This document shows, in pieces, positions 1 to 13,797 of a stretch of 64,000 nt of DNA; the first letter of the stretch is position 1, and every line of letters starts with the position of its first letter. The position numbers and the translations under genes were made by a program. Source of the DNA: Lytechinus pictus (Eukaryota); contig NC_087245.1 in assembly GCF_037042905.1 (NCBI RefSeq), positions 26,970,001 to 27,034,000 on the forward strand, read 5' to 3'. Below the pieces are notes generated by a model that saw only the letters and a program-made list of their open reading frames with translations, was not told the DNA's origin and did not search any database.

Positions 1-170
1 AATGGTAATAGACGAACTGGTGATTAGACGAAGTGATGATTGGACCAAATTGTTATTTGACCAAATTATTATGAGACGAACTGTTGATGGACGGAATGGC
101 ATAAGACTAAATGAAGTTAGACCATGTGGTGAGTGGACGAGTTGGCAGTGGACGAATTGGCAATTTACCG
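1..170. repeat. End of an element made of degenerate ~17-bp tandem repeats
   Basis: Recurrent (A/G)GAC(G/C)AA.TG units ending ...ttggcaatttaccg; truncated by the window start. Confidence 0.6.
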
Positions 171-1724
171 TTAGTAAATGTCCAAAAGTGTGAGGTTGTG
201 TGCTTGTGTGTGTAAGATAGAGAAGAAGAAATACATGGAGAAATGTGAGCTATAGGTATGAGCGTGGGGAGTGGATGTGCGTGTAAGAGGGTAGAAGGTG
301 TGGGTGAGGGTGTGTGTGGGAGTGAGAGTATTGAAAGAGGGATAGATAAAACTCAGACAGACAGGTTGGAAGAAAAATAGAGACGCAAATCAGGAAACAA
401 AATATGAGGCTAAAAGGCTAACATCGGACATCATAATGACAATGCAGGCCATGGTGGTGTTTTTGGTGGCGATGCTCGTGATGGAGATGTAGATGATGAC
501 GACGAAGATGATGAAAATAACAATCAGATAAAGAGGCAGGGGGAATGGAGGAAGTTGAAGAAGGATTAAAAAAAGGTTTAAATGGTTATAGTAAAAAAAA
601 AGAACAAATCGGAACTAGATCACACTCAGAATTGAATCATATCGGCAGATCACCAGAATTGTTCCCAAAGTGACTGGGAGTGACAGCTGACATATGCTGA
701 AATAAAATATCAGCACATGTGAGAAATTATTATACCTGCCAACCTCGTTTATTGGGTGTGAATATCCGTTCTAAAATCAATAAAAGACAAAGAACGACAA
801 AGAAGTCGTCTGGTCCAGATGGGGATCATGCATAGACACCTCCAAGTTATAGCAGCATCAGGAGAAAGGTCTAGACGGGTGATTTTGAAGTATTATGGGA
901 ACCATTTATGATGTATAATAATCAGAAGGGCTTTTAAAGAAATGAATAGTAAATCAAGAAATGCGCAATTAGTTCACAATCGGAAGTAAACCATATACTA
1001 ATTGTAATATAATTATACAGAGTATAATGATGGAATAGTCATGTGTTGTCCACTGTTATTTTTTTTTAAAAGAATAGAAAAACATTAAAATAAGAGCACA
1101 TATTTCATTGGGTAGCTCAAAAATTATACAAATTTGTAAATTTGTATGTTTTTGTATGATTTAAGATATTTCCTCCAAATTCATTTTTTTTTTCGATCAC
1201 TTCAACCTCATCTTCAACACTTTAAACTTTTCAAGCAAACAGGCGGTTCTATATATATACCTTTTATGTTTTATTATTTCTTCTCCGATACTCATTCTCT
1301 TTCTACTATAAGGTGGGGGTGATTATGTAACAGTAAATATATCACTTTAACACTCTTCAGTTCTCCATCCCAAAGGAAAACAAATATTCACCATAATATT
1401 TTCAAACTAAATTAGAGCAATCTACTTTCTCCTTGGAGTGACTATTTTTCTTGGGTAATATTTTCTGTACGTCGACTGTTTAGTTATGCAATCCCATCTG
1501 CCACCGATTCCTCGCCAAAGAAAAAAAGTAGAAATTTCCCATATTTTAAGTAAAAAGAACAAAGGAGTTGTACTTTTACAAATGAAGGCAATATTATAAA
1601 ACCAAAAGTGGGTGTGGGAAATCGCAAAGCAGTAAAACAATGGAGTATTTTAATCAATACTAGATACCAGTAAAAGGGCGCCTTATTACCAAATTCCGAC
1701 AGTCAATTTATTGGGTATGGCCTC

Positions 1725-1947
1725 AATCTGATTGGTCGATTGTTAGACCGCGTGATCATTACGTGTGAAACGTGCAGCTATTGCTTTCATCGGTAGATGA
1801 GGAAAAACGCATTTGTGATTCAGTTTGATTTCATTTCTGTCAAAGAGTTGATCGGTGACAGTAAATGCACCGAAAACTCCAGGTTTTCTTGTGAATTTGA
1901 CTTGGAATCCAGACCCATACAGAATCGTAAAGCTATACAATAATAAG
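1725..1947 (+). promoter_or_regulatory. Candidate promoter (inverted CCAAT box) and non-coding first exon
   Basis: CTGATTGG at ~1728-1735 in a locally CpG-richer stretch, then a strong donor AAG|GTAAGG at 1947/1948. The ATG exon starts with an acceptor at 6673, so an upstream exon is needed. Confidence 0.4.
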
Positions 1948-3840
1948 GTAAGGTTACCAATTTATATTTCGACATTGCAGGGGGTCGTTAATCTAAACAA
2001 ATCATGTACAAATTATATACTTCAATACTTAAGTGATGCTTGAATAACAAAATAAAAATAACTATGGGGTAACGTGTTTCACTGTTCGCTTATTTTTTTC
2101 AGTAATGTAATTCGTTCATTTTTTTATTCATTTAATTTATGTGTTATTAGTTTATTTACAGACTTAGTCTTTGACAATTTAAAACAAATTAAATGTACAT
2201 GTAGATTTACACTTTCCTTCATTTGGTAACTAAGTTCACGAGAGACTAAAAGGGTCAACGCATACGCACAATTGTTTTTGTTTTTTATTTATTAAACAAT
2301 GATAATACAGACATGTAATCAATGAAATCAATTAACAATATTGAAATACTATATTGTAATATGAAGATACAGAGGAATTTAGTTTTTAGTAAGTTGCTTA
2401 GAGATTAACAGAAAAGTAAAATAAACTACATGGTAGAACGAGAGGACAATTACTTATTTGTGTTTGAATCTTTTTTACTTGGAGAGATACATTTTTACGC
2501 TTCACCCATTTTATAAATCATTTCTTGTAATAGGTATTTTTTGTATAATTTTTTTTTGGAATAGGTATTTTTTTTTTACTTCTTTTTGAAACATTCTTAT
2601 ATGTGATTTTATTGAGCAGTATATTGCTATTGGGTTTTTATACACGTTTAAAATTGAAATTTGATATTTAATGGGGATATTTCATCTAATAAAAAGCTTT
2701 AATGGCTTTGAATTGATATAATTCAATTTAATTTACACCATTGCCCCCCACCCCCCCCCCCACACACACACACCCCACAGACCCTCACATTTTTGTAACT
2801 TTTCCATTTAATTACTATATTTTAAGAATGTGTATATCCTAAAACTGTTTTGATTGAAATAATATGAAATCAAACCATGTTAAAGTGTTTTGCTATTCTG
2901 AATGAAAGGATATCTTGATTGGGATCCCGAACAAAAAAAATGTATACCAATTTTCAAACACGTCAGCTGAAAATGTACAATTGTTAAATTAATAGTGATA
3001 ATCAAGTGTACGATTAGTTAACTTTTTGAGTTAACCTTTTTTGTTACGGGACCCATGCAGGCCAATAAGAAATGGATTTCCAAATCACTTTTTAGGAATT
3101 TACCTGATTACTACCCCCTTTTTTCTAAACTTTTCCATGGCTTCCATTTTTCTTTGATACATGATACATGTTATTTTCCATTCCTGTACATATTGCAAAT
3201 TGTTCTTTATGCTGAGAAAATGAATTAATTGCTAGATAAATTTAACATAAGGGGTATTGTGCTAAATATTCTCACTGCTTTTTGTCGATTTAGATAATAT
3301 GCATTATTTAACAATTTCAGTGCATTTTATATCACTATCATCACTCTGTTTCAATACTAGCTTCATTTCAAGCAAAGCATATCTAAAAATATTACTCTAC
3401 ATCGGCAAAAACTCTATTGTGACATGTATGTACAGTATATATATATTTTTTTTTGATAAAATGGAGAACCCAGACAGGTCGCTTGATAGGAGGAATTAGT
3501 GATTTATTCAACATAAGCAGTCCAATCTGAGATTGGTATTGTCCAGTATGTTTTATAAAAGCTTTTATATATCGGAGCTCCTTGATAGTAAATGACCTGC
3601 CTTATTTGCTGTTAAAGTAACAACAATTTTGATAAAGCAATAAATACAGAAAATTTAGACACTCATACAGCATTGAAAATTCAACTTACTGAAAATCAAA
3701 TATGAATATTATGGTATTTTAAGGTTCGGCTAGTTTTTATGATACAGTTGTATGCACATTTCAGTCAATATTCAAACGAAAGACCTGATGATGTCACACA
3801 CTCATATAACAAATTTAATTTCGTAATGATGACAAAGATG

Positions 3841-4139
3841 CACTGTTAAAAAACCCTGATATTTACAGAAAAAAAAGATTTTGCAGAAAGCAATAACAGA
3901 CTCATTCTGTAAATTTCATAAAACAGGAATTTTCTGCAATTTTGCAGAACAGGTCTGTTTAAAAAGGGGAAAAGGGTGTTTTATTTAAGGAAATTTTTAA
4001 GGTTCCATACACCAAATACCACTTTCCTGTAATTTTACATGATATAATGTAAGATTACGCAATCTGGTAAGATTACAGGTGTTCTCGAGACTTTGCTGCA
4101 GGAACTTCTTTTATTTTAAGGATAAATTTTCTAACAGTG
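3841..4139. mobile_element. MITE
   Basis: Terminal inverted repeats CACTGTTAAAAAA / TTTTCTAACAGTG. Confidence 0.55.
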
Positions 4140-6708
4140 TGATCTCTATAAAATCACAATAAATTATTGAAATAATGAGCTGAAACATATTTCATGAACA
4201 ATACGAAAACTGGAAGGACAGAATTGAATGCAGAGTATTATCCACACAGTAAAATGTATGCAAAATAAATAAATGTAGTGAATTTCTGACGTCATGGGTT
4301 CTTTCAAGTCCATATCGCATTATGATGTGAATATCACTGCGAAAATAAGCGGGAGTTTAAAATGTTTTTTTTTATCATTTTCTATCCATGTTTGAAGAAA
4401 TTTTCCGTTTTAATATAATTTCTATCTGTTCTATTCAAATCGATATTTTATTGGAATTTTAAAGGCTTAATATAGGGAAGTTTGATAATTTGAATAAAAA
4501 ATTTCACCCATTTCTCACAATTTACAAGGCGAGAGCAAAACAATGTGTTTACATTACATTTTAACATTCCAGTGGGATGGACTTTGAATAATACGAACTA
4601 GCAGGTAGTTCACGCTTCAAAGGATAGGCCTATAGTAATTGTGAGCATGTTTCAATGAAAAAAGAAGCCGTTAGAAAGGGGACAGAGACGAAACCTTATC
4701 AAAGAAATAAACAATTAAGGCTCAGATACTAGTACACAAAGGTACACAAATTAAAATGAATATAAAAAAACTCGTCGTAATCACAAAACCTATGGAGACT
4801 TAAAATTGGCAGCATAGGCGATGTCATTAAGACGTAGGTATGAATTTCACTTCTATTTGTTCCTATTCACAAAATTACGAAAATGTCAACTTTCCAAAAA
4901 AAAAAAAAATATTAAAAGAGGAACTGGGAATATTGGCGCGAAGACAAATTTGGTTAGAAGGAAAAAACCATTAATTTCATTAATTTTTGGTAATAAAATT
5001 CACCGTAAACATGGTAAATGCGAACATTATCTACTGCAAATTGAAAAAAATCTTGTATCTTATTTACCATTATAGTATATTTTGGATTTTATTTCGGGAG
5101 GTTCTATTTAAAGTTTTTCAGAATTTTTGGTCCATCAAGAATTACGAATAAAGATTAAACAGATCCTCCTGTGCGAACACGGACGATCCTCCGTTCTTTA
5201 CACGATGAACGGCGTTTTGAATACGGTCCATTGCAGACCACAAATATTGCCACTCAAAATTAAACATGTTTAATTTTGGACAGTTCCCCGAGAATATTGG
5301 GGTTTGAGGCGGATGAGCGACAGATGTCCAGAGTTTATGTACGGTGTCAACACGGTCTGTGGCAAAGCACAGCGGTTTTGCCCAACCGCCATCTAAACCG
5401 GCGATGATCACCTCTTCATGATAGTTACCATGGATTGAAAAGTTACCATGATGAAAAAAATTTATTGAACATGGGCGAGAAATGTTTTCACTGAGTTACA
5501 CCACTTTTGACAAATTAACACAGTCTTGAGTGATTCTGACTGGATTGTGTTTAAAATATATAGTAAAATATCAAAGGTGAATTTGAAAAGTGAAATAAAA
5601 ATCGATTTGAGTACGTGCAAAACTGCATGAGATTTGTTTTTTCTGAATTTGGACAATAATTCCACCAGGTATTGACTAAAATCCCTTCTAAACAATGGGG
5701 CCTTGCTGGTGATATGAAAGAGAAAGTGTCCATCTGGTATTATTCACAAATAAAGGTCCATTAGCATTTCGTCATGATTTACAACTTCTCATCAACTTTT
5801 CACAGGTCTGTTTTAACTCACCTGCTATTCAATTGTTCTCTATTAATTGAACGATAATAAAAGGGAGCGAGAAAAGTGATCCATAACAAATCGATATTTG
5901 TAGATACCAGCTGACTAGTTTAGTATGGAACGATCCGTCGTCCTTTCCCTTTAAAATAAAAATCAAGTTGAAGTTTCAAATTTAACACATTACATGACCA
6001 GAAATATTTTGTTCATTATCCGTCAAGTCAATGAAGTCTCAAGTTTTATTTCTGATTCGATTTGTTAGGCGTACCAGTTATTGCCATAAAAAAAAACATT
6101 GAAGCAACAAACTTATGAACAAAGATGTCGACGTATTGCGATATATGTACAATCATATCAATAAATGGAGCATGTATCTTTCGAAAGCAATGCACTGGAT
6201 CAGGGATGGCCTTTAGATTTACAGGAAGTACAAATAATTTCAATGTAATTGGATCCTTAGTTCTTTGTTTGATAAAATACATGTATTTCATTTGATATTA
6301 AAAATAACGAGAAAAGTATGAGAAGTATATATTTTTATTACAGTTAAGACCCGAAACAGATATGTGTAATAAAGCAATAAATAAGGGGCAATGTCTTTTT
6401 AAGAGAATGATATTGTTTTTTCTTCTGTCAAAAGGATTATTGACAATAATAATTATTTAAATGTTTCTTTATAGCTCCGAACACTTATTCCAGCAAAAGT
6501 CCCTAAAAACCCATTTGTTCACAAGAGTTAATTACAGTATCACGTGGATGGATTTGTGGCTACAAAAATCCGGAGAAGGGTTCGAACCCACCATTCTCTG
6601 AAAAAAAGGAAAAAAGAAACACTATTTCCGTTTGTTCTTGATTGTGCAAACATAAATTCTTTCCAAATTATAGATTGTTTTGCCAGGAAGGGCTTGTCTA
6701 GGTGAGAC

Positions 6709-6775
6709 ATGTTCACCATGAAAACTGTGGCGTTGAGTGTTGCCCTACTTCTGACTGCGGTCGTTTCAACTTCAG
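6709..6775 (+). CDS. Coding exon 1, signal peptide MFTMKTVALSVALLLTAVVSTS
   Basis: Acceptor TAG at 6671-6673, ATGs at 6709 and 6718, Lys followed by a hydrophobic core, donor CAG|GTATT, phase 1. Confidence 0.85.
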
Positions 6776-9700
6776 GTATTATATGATATTTATTATGAAT
6801 TAAGTATTTGCTGGGGTTTTTATGTAAGAATTTGCAATTTTGAATAATTAATTGGTTTATTTTATTTGAATATGAATGTATTCGTGCATCGAATTGTGTG
6901 GACGGCACACAAATGAGGGAGTAAGGTGCCTGTCACAAAAGTCATGAATGGTGGGTGCTCGTCACCCAGCATTGCCCAGCACGGAACCTTTGTTGAATTC
7001 ATCATTCAAGTGCCAACGCCTACGTATGCACGTTATTGTTGCTTTTTGCTAATTTGTTTTACCAGAAGAGGATTGGTAGCGTGTGCGTTAGTGCGTGGGT
7101 TGAAGAATGTGTGTGTGTGTGTTGTGTGCAAAGAGGATTGGTATGTGCATTCGTAAACGGGGTGAAGGTGTATTTATGTGAGGGTGTGCGTGTGCGCGCC
7201 TGAAAGAGAGGGGGGACACACACTCCACTGGCGTAAATCCGTGTTGATGGGTGGGGGGATGACTGAAATATTTTGGCATTTTTTTTGCAATCATGTTTTT
7301 AGATATGCAAGGAATTGTCATTACTATTTCCACAGTGGCGTACCGTGGGTCACGGCATGGGGGGGGGGGGCACCAGCAAAATGTTTGAATCACTGAGTGA
7401 GTGCGCGCGAAGCGCGCTCAGTTGCCAGTTATACTGACCTAATAGAGACATTTTAAAGACAATGTCATTAAACGGATATGTATCTCACCAATCAACTAAT
7501 GCGAGCGTGAAGCGCGAGCTGAATTTTTTTTATATTCACACCTAAAAAGGGACATTATAATCAAATTTGTGTAATCATGATAGGTACCTGTCTCGCTAAA
7601 CAATGCGAGCGCAAAGCGCGAGCTGAAAATTTAGATAATTCAGACCTGAAGTGGGGCATTCTAAGGTTTCTTTGTTGGAATTAACTAGGACCATACGTAT
7701 TTCATTAACCAAATGATGCGAGCGCGAAGCGCGAGCTGAATTTTTTTGATATTCAGAACAGAAGAAGGGACAATTTAAGGACTGATTTTAGGAATTCATG
7801 AAGAGCAGACATATCTCACCGATCCACTAATGCGAACGTAATCACGAACAGGAAATGTTTCATATATACGAAGACCTTAACATGGGGCAATCACTTTTTG
7901 AGTCATGAAAAAGAAGCATATGTCACTACATAAAACAATGATAACTATTCAATTTCAATTTAATTTAATATGTCTGCTCTTCATGAATTCCTAAAATCAG
8001 TCCTTAAACTGTCCCTTCTTCTGATCTGAATATCAAAAATTCAATTTTCAATTTCAATTCAATTTATTCAAATAACTCAAGTGCTGGGAAATATATTTGG
8101 TTTATATTGACTTGAAAACGGGATGTTTTAGTACAACAGGATTATATATCTCGTTAAACAGACAATGCGAGCACCAAGAACAATGAAGACATAGGCCCTG
8201 GGCAAATTATGTTTCATAAAGTTATGATAAAAATGTTTCTTATGTAATGTAACATAACATAATTATAATATAATATAACATTATAATGAATAATATTTTC
8301 TTCTTTCCCACTACGTTTCTCTTCCTTTCTCCCTCTTTTCTCCTTCCCCCCCTTTCCCCGTTTTTTTGTGTCAGCCGATGGGGGGGGGATGTGCCCCCCC
8401 ATGCCCCCCGTAGTTACATCACTGTATGTCCATACGGCGAATACCCCTCCAATATTTTTTACCCCATGATGGTTTAATGGTTTTATTAGAGATTACATTC
8501 AAAACAATTTTGACATTCCATCTTAATCCCTTCCCAAAGACCCCAACGGGGGTTTCTCTTCAATGCTATAAAGGACATAAGTATTTCGTTTGGAAATGGT
8601 GAACTGGCTCTTTATTTGCATTTTATGATTCAATAATATTGTTTTATTTGTTAAGCGGTATGTTAGGAAGAATTTTCACCAATAAAACAATTACCTCTTG
8701 TGATTTTTTTTAAATTTCTTTCGTAAAAAGTGGGGGGATGTTTGTACAGGCCATCCCCCCTCCTCGAAAAGTGGGGGGATATATCCCCCATCCCCCCCCC
8801 CGGGATTTACGCCAGTGACACACTCACACCCACGCACAGATAGAGAGGGGAGAGTGTGGGAGAGTAATAAAGAAAGTGAGAAGAGTCGGGGAAGAAAGGA
8901 AATTACCGATAGTATTTGCATTAGGAAAGACTTGCAAAATTGTAGAGAGAGGGGGGAAATAATAGTATATCAAGAAGATGAAATAAGGAGGAAAATTAGA
9001 TGGAGGAAGAAAATATAGAGTGGTGACGATGATATTGATAATGAAGACAAAAAGAAGAAGCAGAAAAAGGAGGAGGAGAAGAAAGATGAATAAGATGAAG
9101 TAGACAATCATTGAAAAATGCAGTTTGATGGATGATTAAATCTTCGCATCTCTTAATATTTATTTTTTACAGTCTCTGCAGGTGGCAGTTACAACGGTAA
9201 GGATTGACTTTAATTTGATATCATTTAAACTATCTTGAGAAATACACATGTTTTTGTCTTGCATTTATTTTTCTTTAATTTCGATGTTTAAACAAAATTA
9301 ACACATTCATTTTCCTCTAAAAAATCAACCTTAACAATTATAACATTATTCCATTCATTAATTCATCAATGCATTATATTATATTTTCCATTTCATAAAT
9401 TCTTTGTTACATATCTATTGTTTTTATTCATATCTACCAATTTATTGCGGGCGGGGTATTGCATCGTAAGTTATTATATTGCAGCCTATCATTATAATAT
9501 TTGTATTTATGTAAATCGCCTATATACATCAATGATATATCTCTTTGTCCCTTTCGCTGCTTGAATTTCTCGTTGGTCACGTGTTCAAATGGACCGGAAG
9601 CTGTATATTCTCAAACTACAAAGCGTTACAGAGGCAAAGCAGCTACATGGGGATAATGGGCATAACCCGTAACTTTTCAGGTAGTTATGGAGAGGAAAGA

Positions 9701-12700
9701 GTAACAAAAAGAAGAAGAAGAAATATAAACATAGAAGAAAGAAGAGTAACGAAACATAACATATTTAGGCCGTGTAGGTCTTTAATACTGCCATTGTTAT
9801 TCAGTTCGCCCCTCCTCTTTCGTTATACTCTGGCTAATCCCTGACAGTCGGGCATATATATTGCTGATGAAAAGATTAAAATATATTCTCCTTTAAAAAA
9901 AATATTTGTTTCCTTCTCTTCATTATCACTATGATTTACACAGTTGCAGATAATAATGATCGTTTCACACATAGCGGAGGATCAGGTGAGAAAAAGAAGA
10001 TAAAAATTTGTTCAACAAGATATTTGTCAGTATATTCAATATCTATATTAATAATAATAATAATAATGTACATTTATATAGCGCTTATTACATTAGTTTC
10101 TAAGCGCTTCATATTCACATATGAAAGTCTAGTTTACGTTATGGAATTTTATGTTTCTTTCAGTTTAAGTTACAACAGATTTTGAATTTTATTTACATGA
10201 GTCTACATTACACCTAGCCCTTATTTCTTAATACTACGCGTCTACTCCAGCTTCAGAAAATACTTCCTTCTTTAGCTTGAGCTGTGTACTTTACATTTTA
10301 CACAACAATAAATAAAGCCATCAAATTTGCACGTTAACAAATTAGGAACAGATGAATCCAAGATAAATATTTGGACAGAAAAAAGTCGTGAATTTTGTAA
10401 ATAACTGGTTTTAAAGTGTTCTGGTATCGATTCTGTCGATGCAATCTTTTTTTCATTAAGATGTATTAAAAATTGATATTAAGGAGGAAAGTAAAGTGAA
10501 ATCGACATTTTGAAATCATGCTTTCATTGTCAGGTCTTCAAGGCCTCAACATCCAGCAAAGTGGTTTCACGAAAGTGTCACATTCAACCAGTGAGAAGAC
10601 CATCACCACAGAAAATGGTAAATACGGAATTTATGAAATATATTATTATGAGCAGAATTAGAGAGAAAGAGGGGGGGGGGGCGGATCTGGTAAGATGGGA
10701 ACCGCCATCAACTCCCCTCTCCTAGATTCACCAGTTAGGCCTACTACTGCTGGTAAAAGTCCCTGTAAAAATGCTGCATATTTTTGTTAATATCAAGGAT
10801 GTAAGAATTTGTTTAATATGTAAGTGAAACAAACACGAATAACACTGATATAGACATGAAATTAATGGTAAATATCATTTGTATATCTAATCAATGAAAA
10901 GTGCCCATTTAAAAATGATGCACATCTGTTAGCTCGGAGACTCGTCTAAAAATCTGAAGAGTGTCAGTTTTGAATGGTTGTCTGTATTTCTATTTCCTAA
11001 AAAGAGAGTAACAAGGGTACAATGAAGAACCAGAGAGGGGATACAGAAACAACTCAAGAAAGGTCACGAAAAGGTAACGATTAATTTATTTGTTTTTTCA
11101 TTTTTTATTTAAAGTGTGATCATTATATTGAATATTATTGCAATACGTTCAAGTCATCTCTAACTCATAACCCAATTAAAAAAATGCATTACGCCTTTTT
11201 TGAAACTATCTTTCAAATAACAGATTGTTGATTCAAGAAGACTGGTTTTTCATTGCAACGAAAAAAAGGACTCTGTTAAGAATCACCAAGGGCCTCTTGC
11301 ATAAAAGAAAAACTCAATGTGTTAAATGTCAATAGTATAATGTTGTTTGCCAGAGTTTAAGGCTAAATTTTATGCAACAAGCCCCAGGAGTCTAACATTG
11401 TATAAAATATGGGATCACCAAGATGATATCCTTATAAAATTTGTCATTTGTCAAAACATTGTCTCATTTTATTATTTATTTTTTTTACCAGGGAAGAAAA
11501 ATAAACAAAATGAAGAAACGGAAGTCAAGCAACGGGGAGGAGATCGTCGCAAAAATGGAGACGATAATGGTATGAAAGATAGCTAAAAAAATTATTGATT
11601 TTTTTTAAATAATGACTGATTTATAACAATCGTCGGATGTCTCATGCTCACATTTTATCAGATTTTTTAAAATAAACTGAAGACAGATGACCTTACATGT
11701 TCCATGACGAATAAAACCAGGTTTTACATCTTAACCTTTTGATTTTAGTATATTGTCCTCTTTTATATAATACCAAAATATATATAGTTGATCATTACCT
11801 ATTCATAAACTGTTTTAAATTGAATTTTAATTAATTCTTATTATGGATTTAATACTAAAGTAATACACTGTATTTGTATCAAGGGTGGTCATCTTTACAA
11901 TAACATCCGGGGTTTTTATGACTGCCCAAAACCAATACTCTTTTTGTCTTGTATGTTGTTTATTATTACAATTGTAATATTATATTTTGAATTTTTAATT
12001 GCTCAATTTTAAAGGAGTTTTGACGCAATTGATGTATGTCTCATTGGAATTAAATGAATATTTAATTGAATTGGAGGGAAGTGGAAATATTTTATTTTTT
12101 CAAATAATCATTTTTTTCGCATTTTGATTAGCTATTATCTTTTGTGGTTGTATCTAGGAAGACGAAAAGGAGACAAGGGACACACTGAGACAGTGATTGA
12201 GAGAGTACGAGAAGGTGGTCGACGTAAAGATAAAGATCGAAGTGGTAAGACATTAAACTATGTTTATATATATTTATAATAAGGCATTTTGATTTTATGG
12301 TGTTCAGAGGGGGGGGGGGCGTTACCACCATAAAGGCCAGGCAAAATAGGGAAGATTCAATTGATTAAGTTCTGGAAAAGGAACAGAAGAAGAGCTTATT
12401 AAAGCAAAATTTTACAAATCAATTAGTGTCTATCATTCTTTTTATGAAAAATCAAAGTAATATTTGAAAGTAATACGAGCAGAAATAAGTAATTGAAACC
12501 GACTTAAGCTCTCGAACAAGTTTAGGTCATACTAATAGGACTTCATCAATGTTTCATTAGGTTCTAAAGGCGGCAGTTCGGAAGGCCAAAGGAACAGAGG
12601 AAATGGAGGTAAAGTTTTCTTATGATAACCAATGGGGTGCCCAATGTAATTTTTTTTTCAAAAGAATTTGTGAGCATGTCTTCACGTTTTTACATAAGTC

Positions 12701-13734
12701 CACCATTCACACATGCACTTTCTCATTTTGAGTTCCATTTCTCAATATAACACTCCCACCCCCTCGAACCAACATCTCTCTCCCTCTGCAAGCTCCCTTT
12801 CCATCACTTTCTGTTGAACTCCTGGTCTCGATTTTTCTTTCTATATTGAATGAATTTTTGTAAACATATATTTTTATTAAATACGCTAACACTTTTTGAG
12901 TATTAATTGGGGTGCCAGTCGTATAATACATAACAAATATGACCACCTTAAAAGAATCGACCCTTTTTTACTCTTAGCACAAGTATGAATTTTCCCAAAC
13001 ACGTTACCATTATATTCATTTATTCATGATATGACATGTACGTGTCTATTTTCCGTTCTTTGCCCCGTGGTCGATATCAATCTATTCTGTTGTCATTTCA
13101 AGGACGAAAAGCGGACAAGGGAAATGCTGAGACGGTGGTCGAGAGAGTACGGGGTGGTGGTCGATCTCAAAATAGAAACCGAAATGGTAAATACTTATAC
13201 AGTACATCAATAAATATTATAACTCAAGGTGGCCATATAACGTTGTGTCAAATACCGTGTGGGGAGGGGATAGAAAGGCATTTGAAGATGTAGAATGAAA
13301 TTAAGATTACACATATAATAGTTGATGATGATGGTGATGATGATGATGATGGTAATGGTGGAGGTGGTGGTGAACCTCGATTTTTGCATTTGTGAGAATC
13401 ATGTACTGTAAGTCTAGGCCTACTTATTTGTGGATTTGCCTTAAACTTTAAATCCTTTAATGTGTGTGTTGTATTTATATTGTTTATGTGGATTCAAAAT
13501 ATAATAAGCACAATCAAATTTGTACAGACACTTCAAAACATCTGTGACTGAAAAAAAAAATCCTCGCTTAATTTCTCTGCTGGGGAAAATATTTATAACA
13601 CAATAACTTTACGTAATAAAATTTAATTATTTATTTATTTATTCAGTTTTATTTCAACAGGGTAGCCCCATCAGTAATTTAAATACTGTTTTACATGGAG
13701 GCCCTGCATAACAAAAGAACACATTGAATTACAA

Positions 13735-13797
<63 letters not shown>

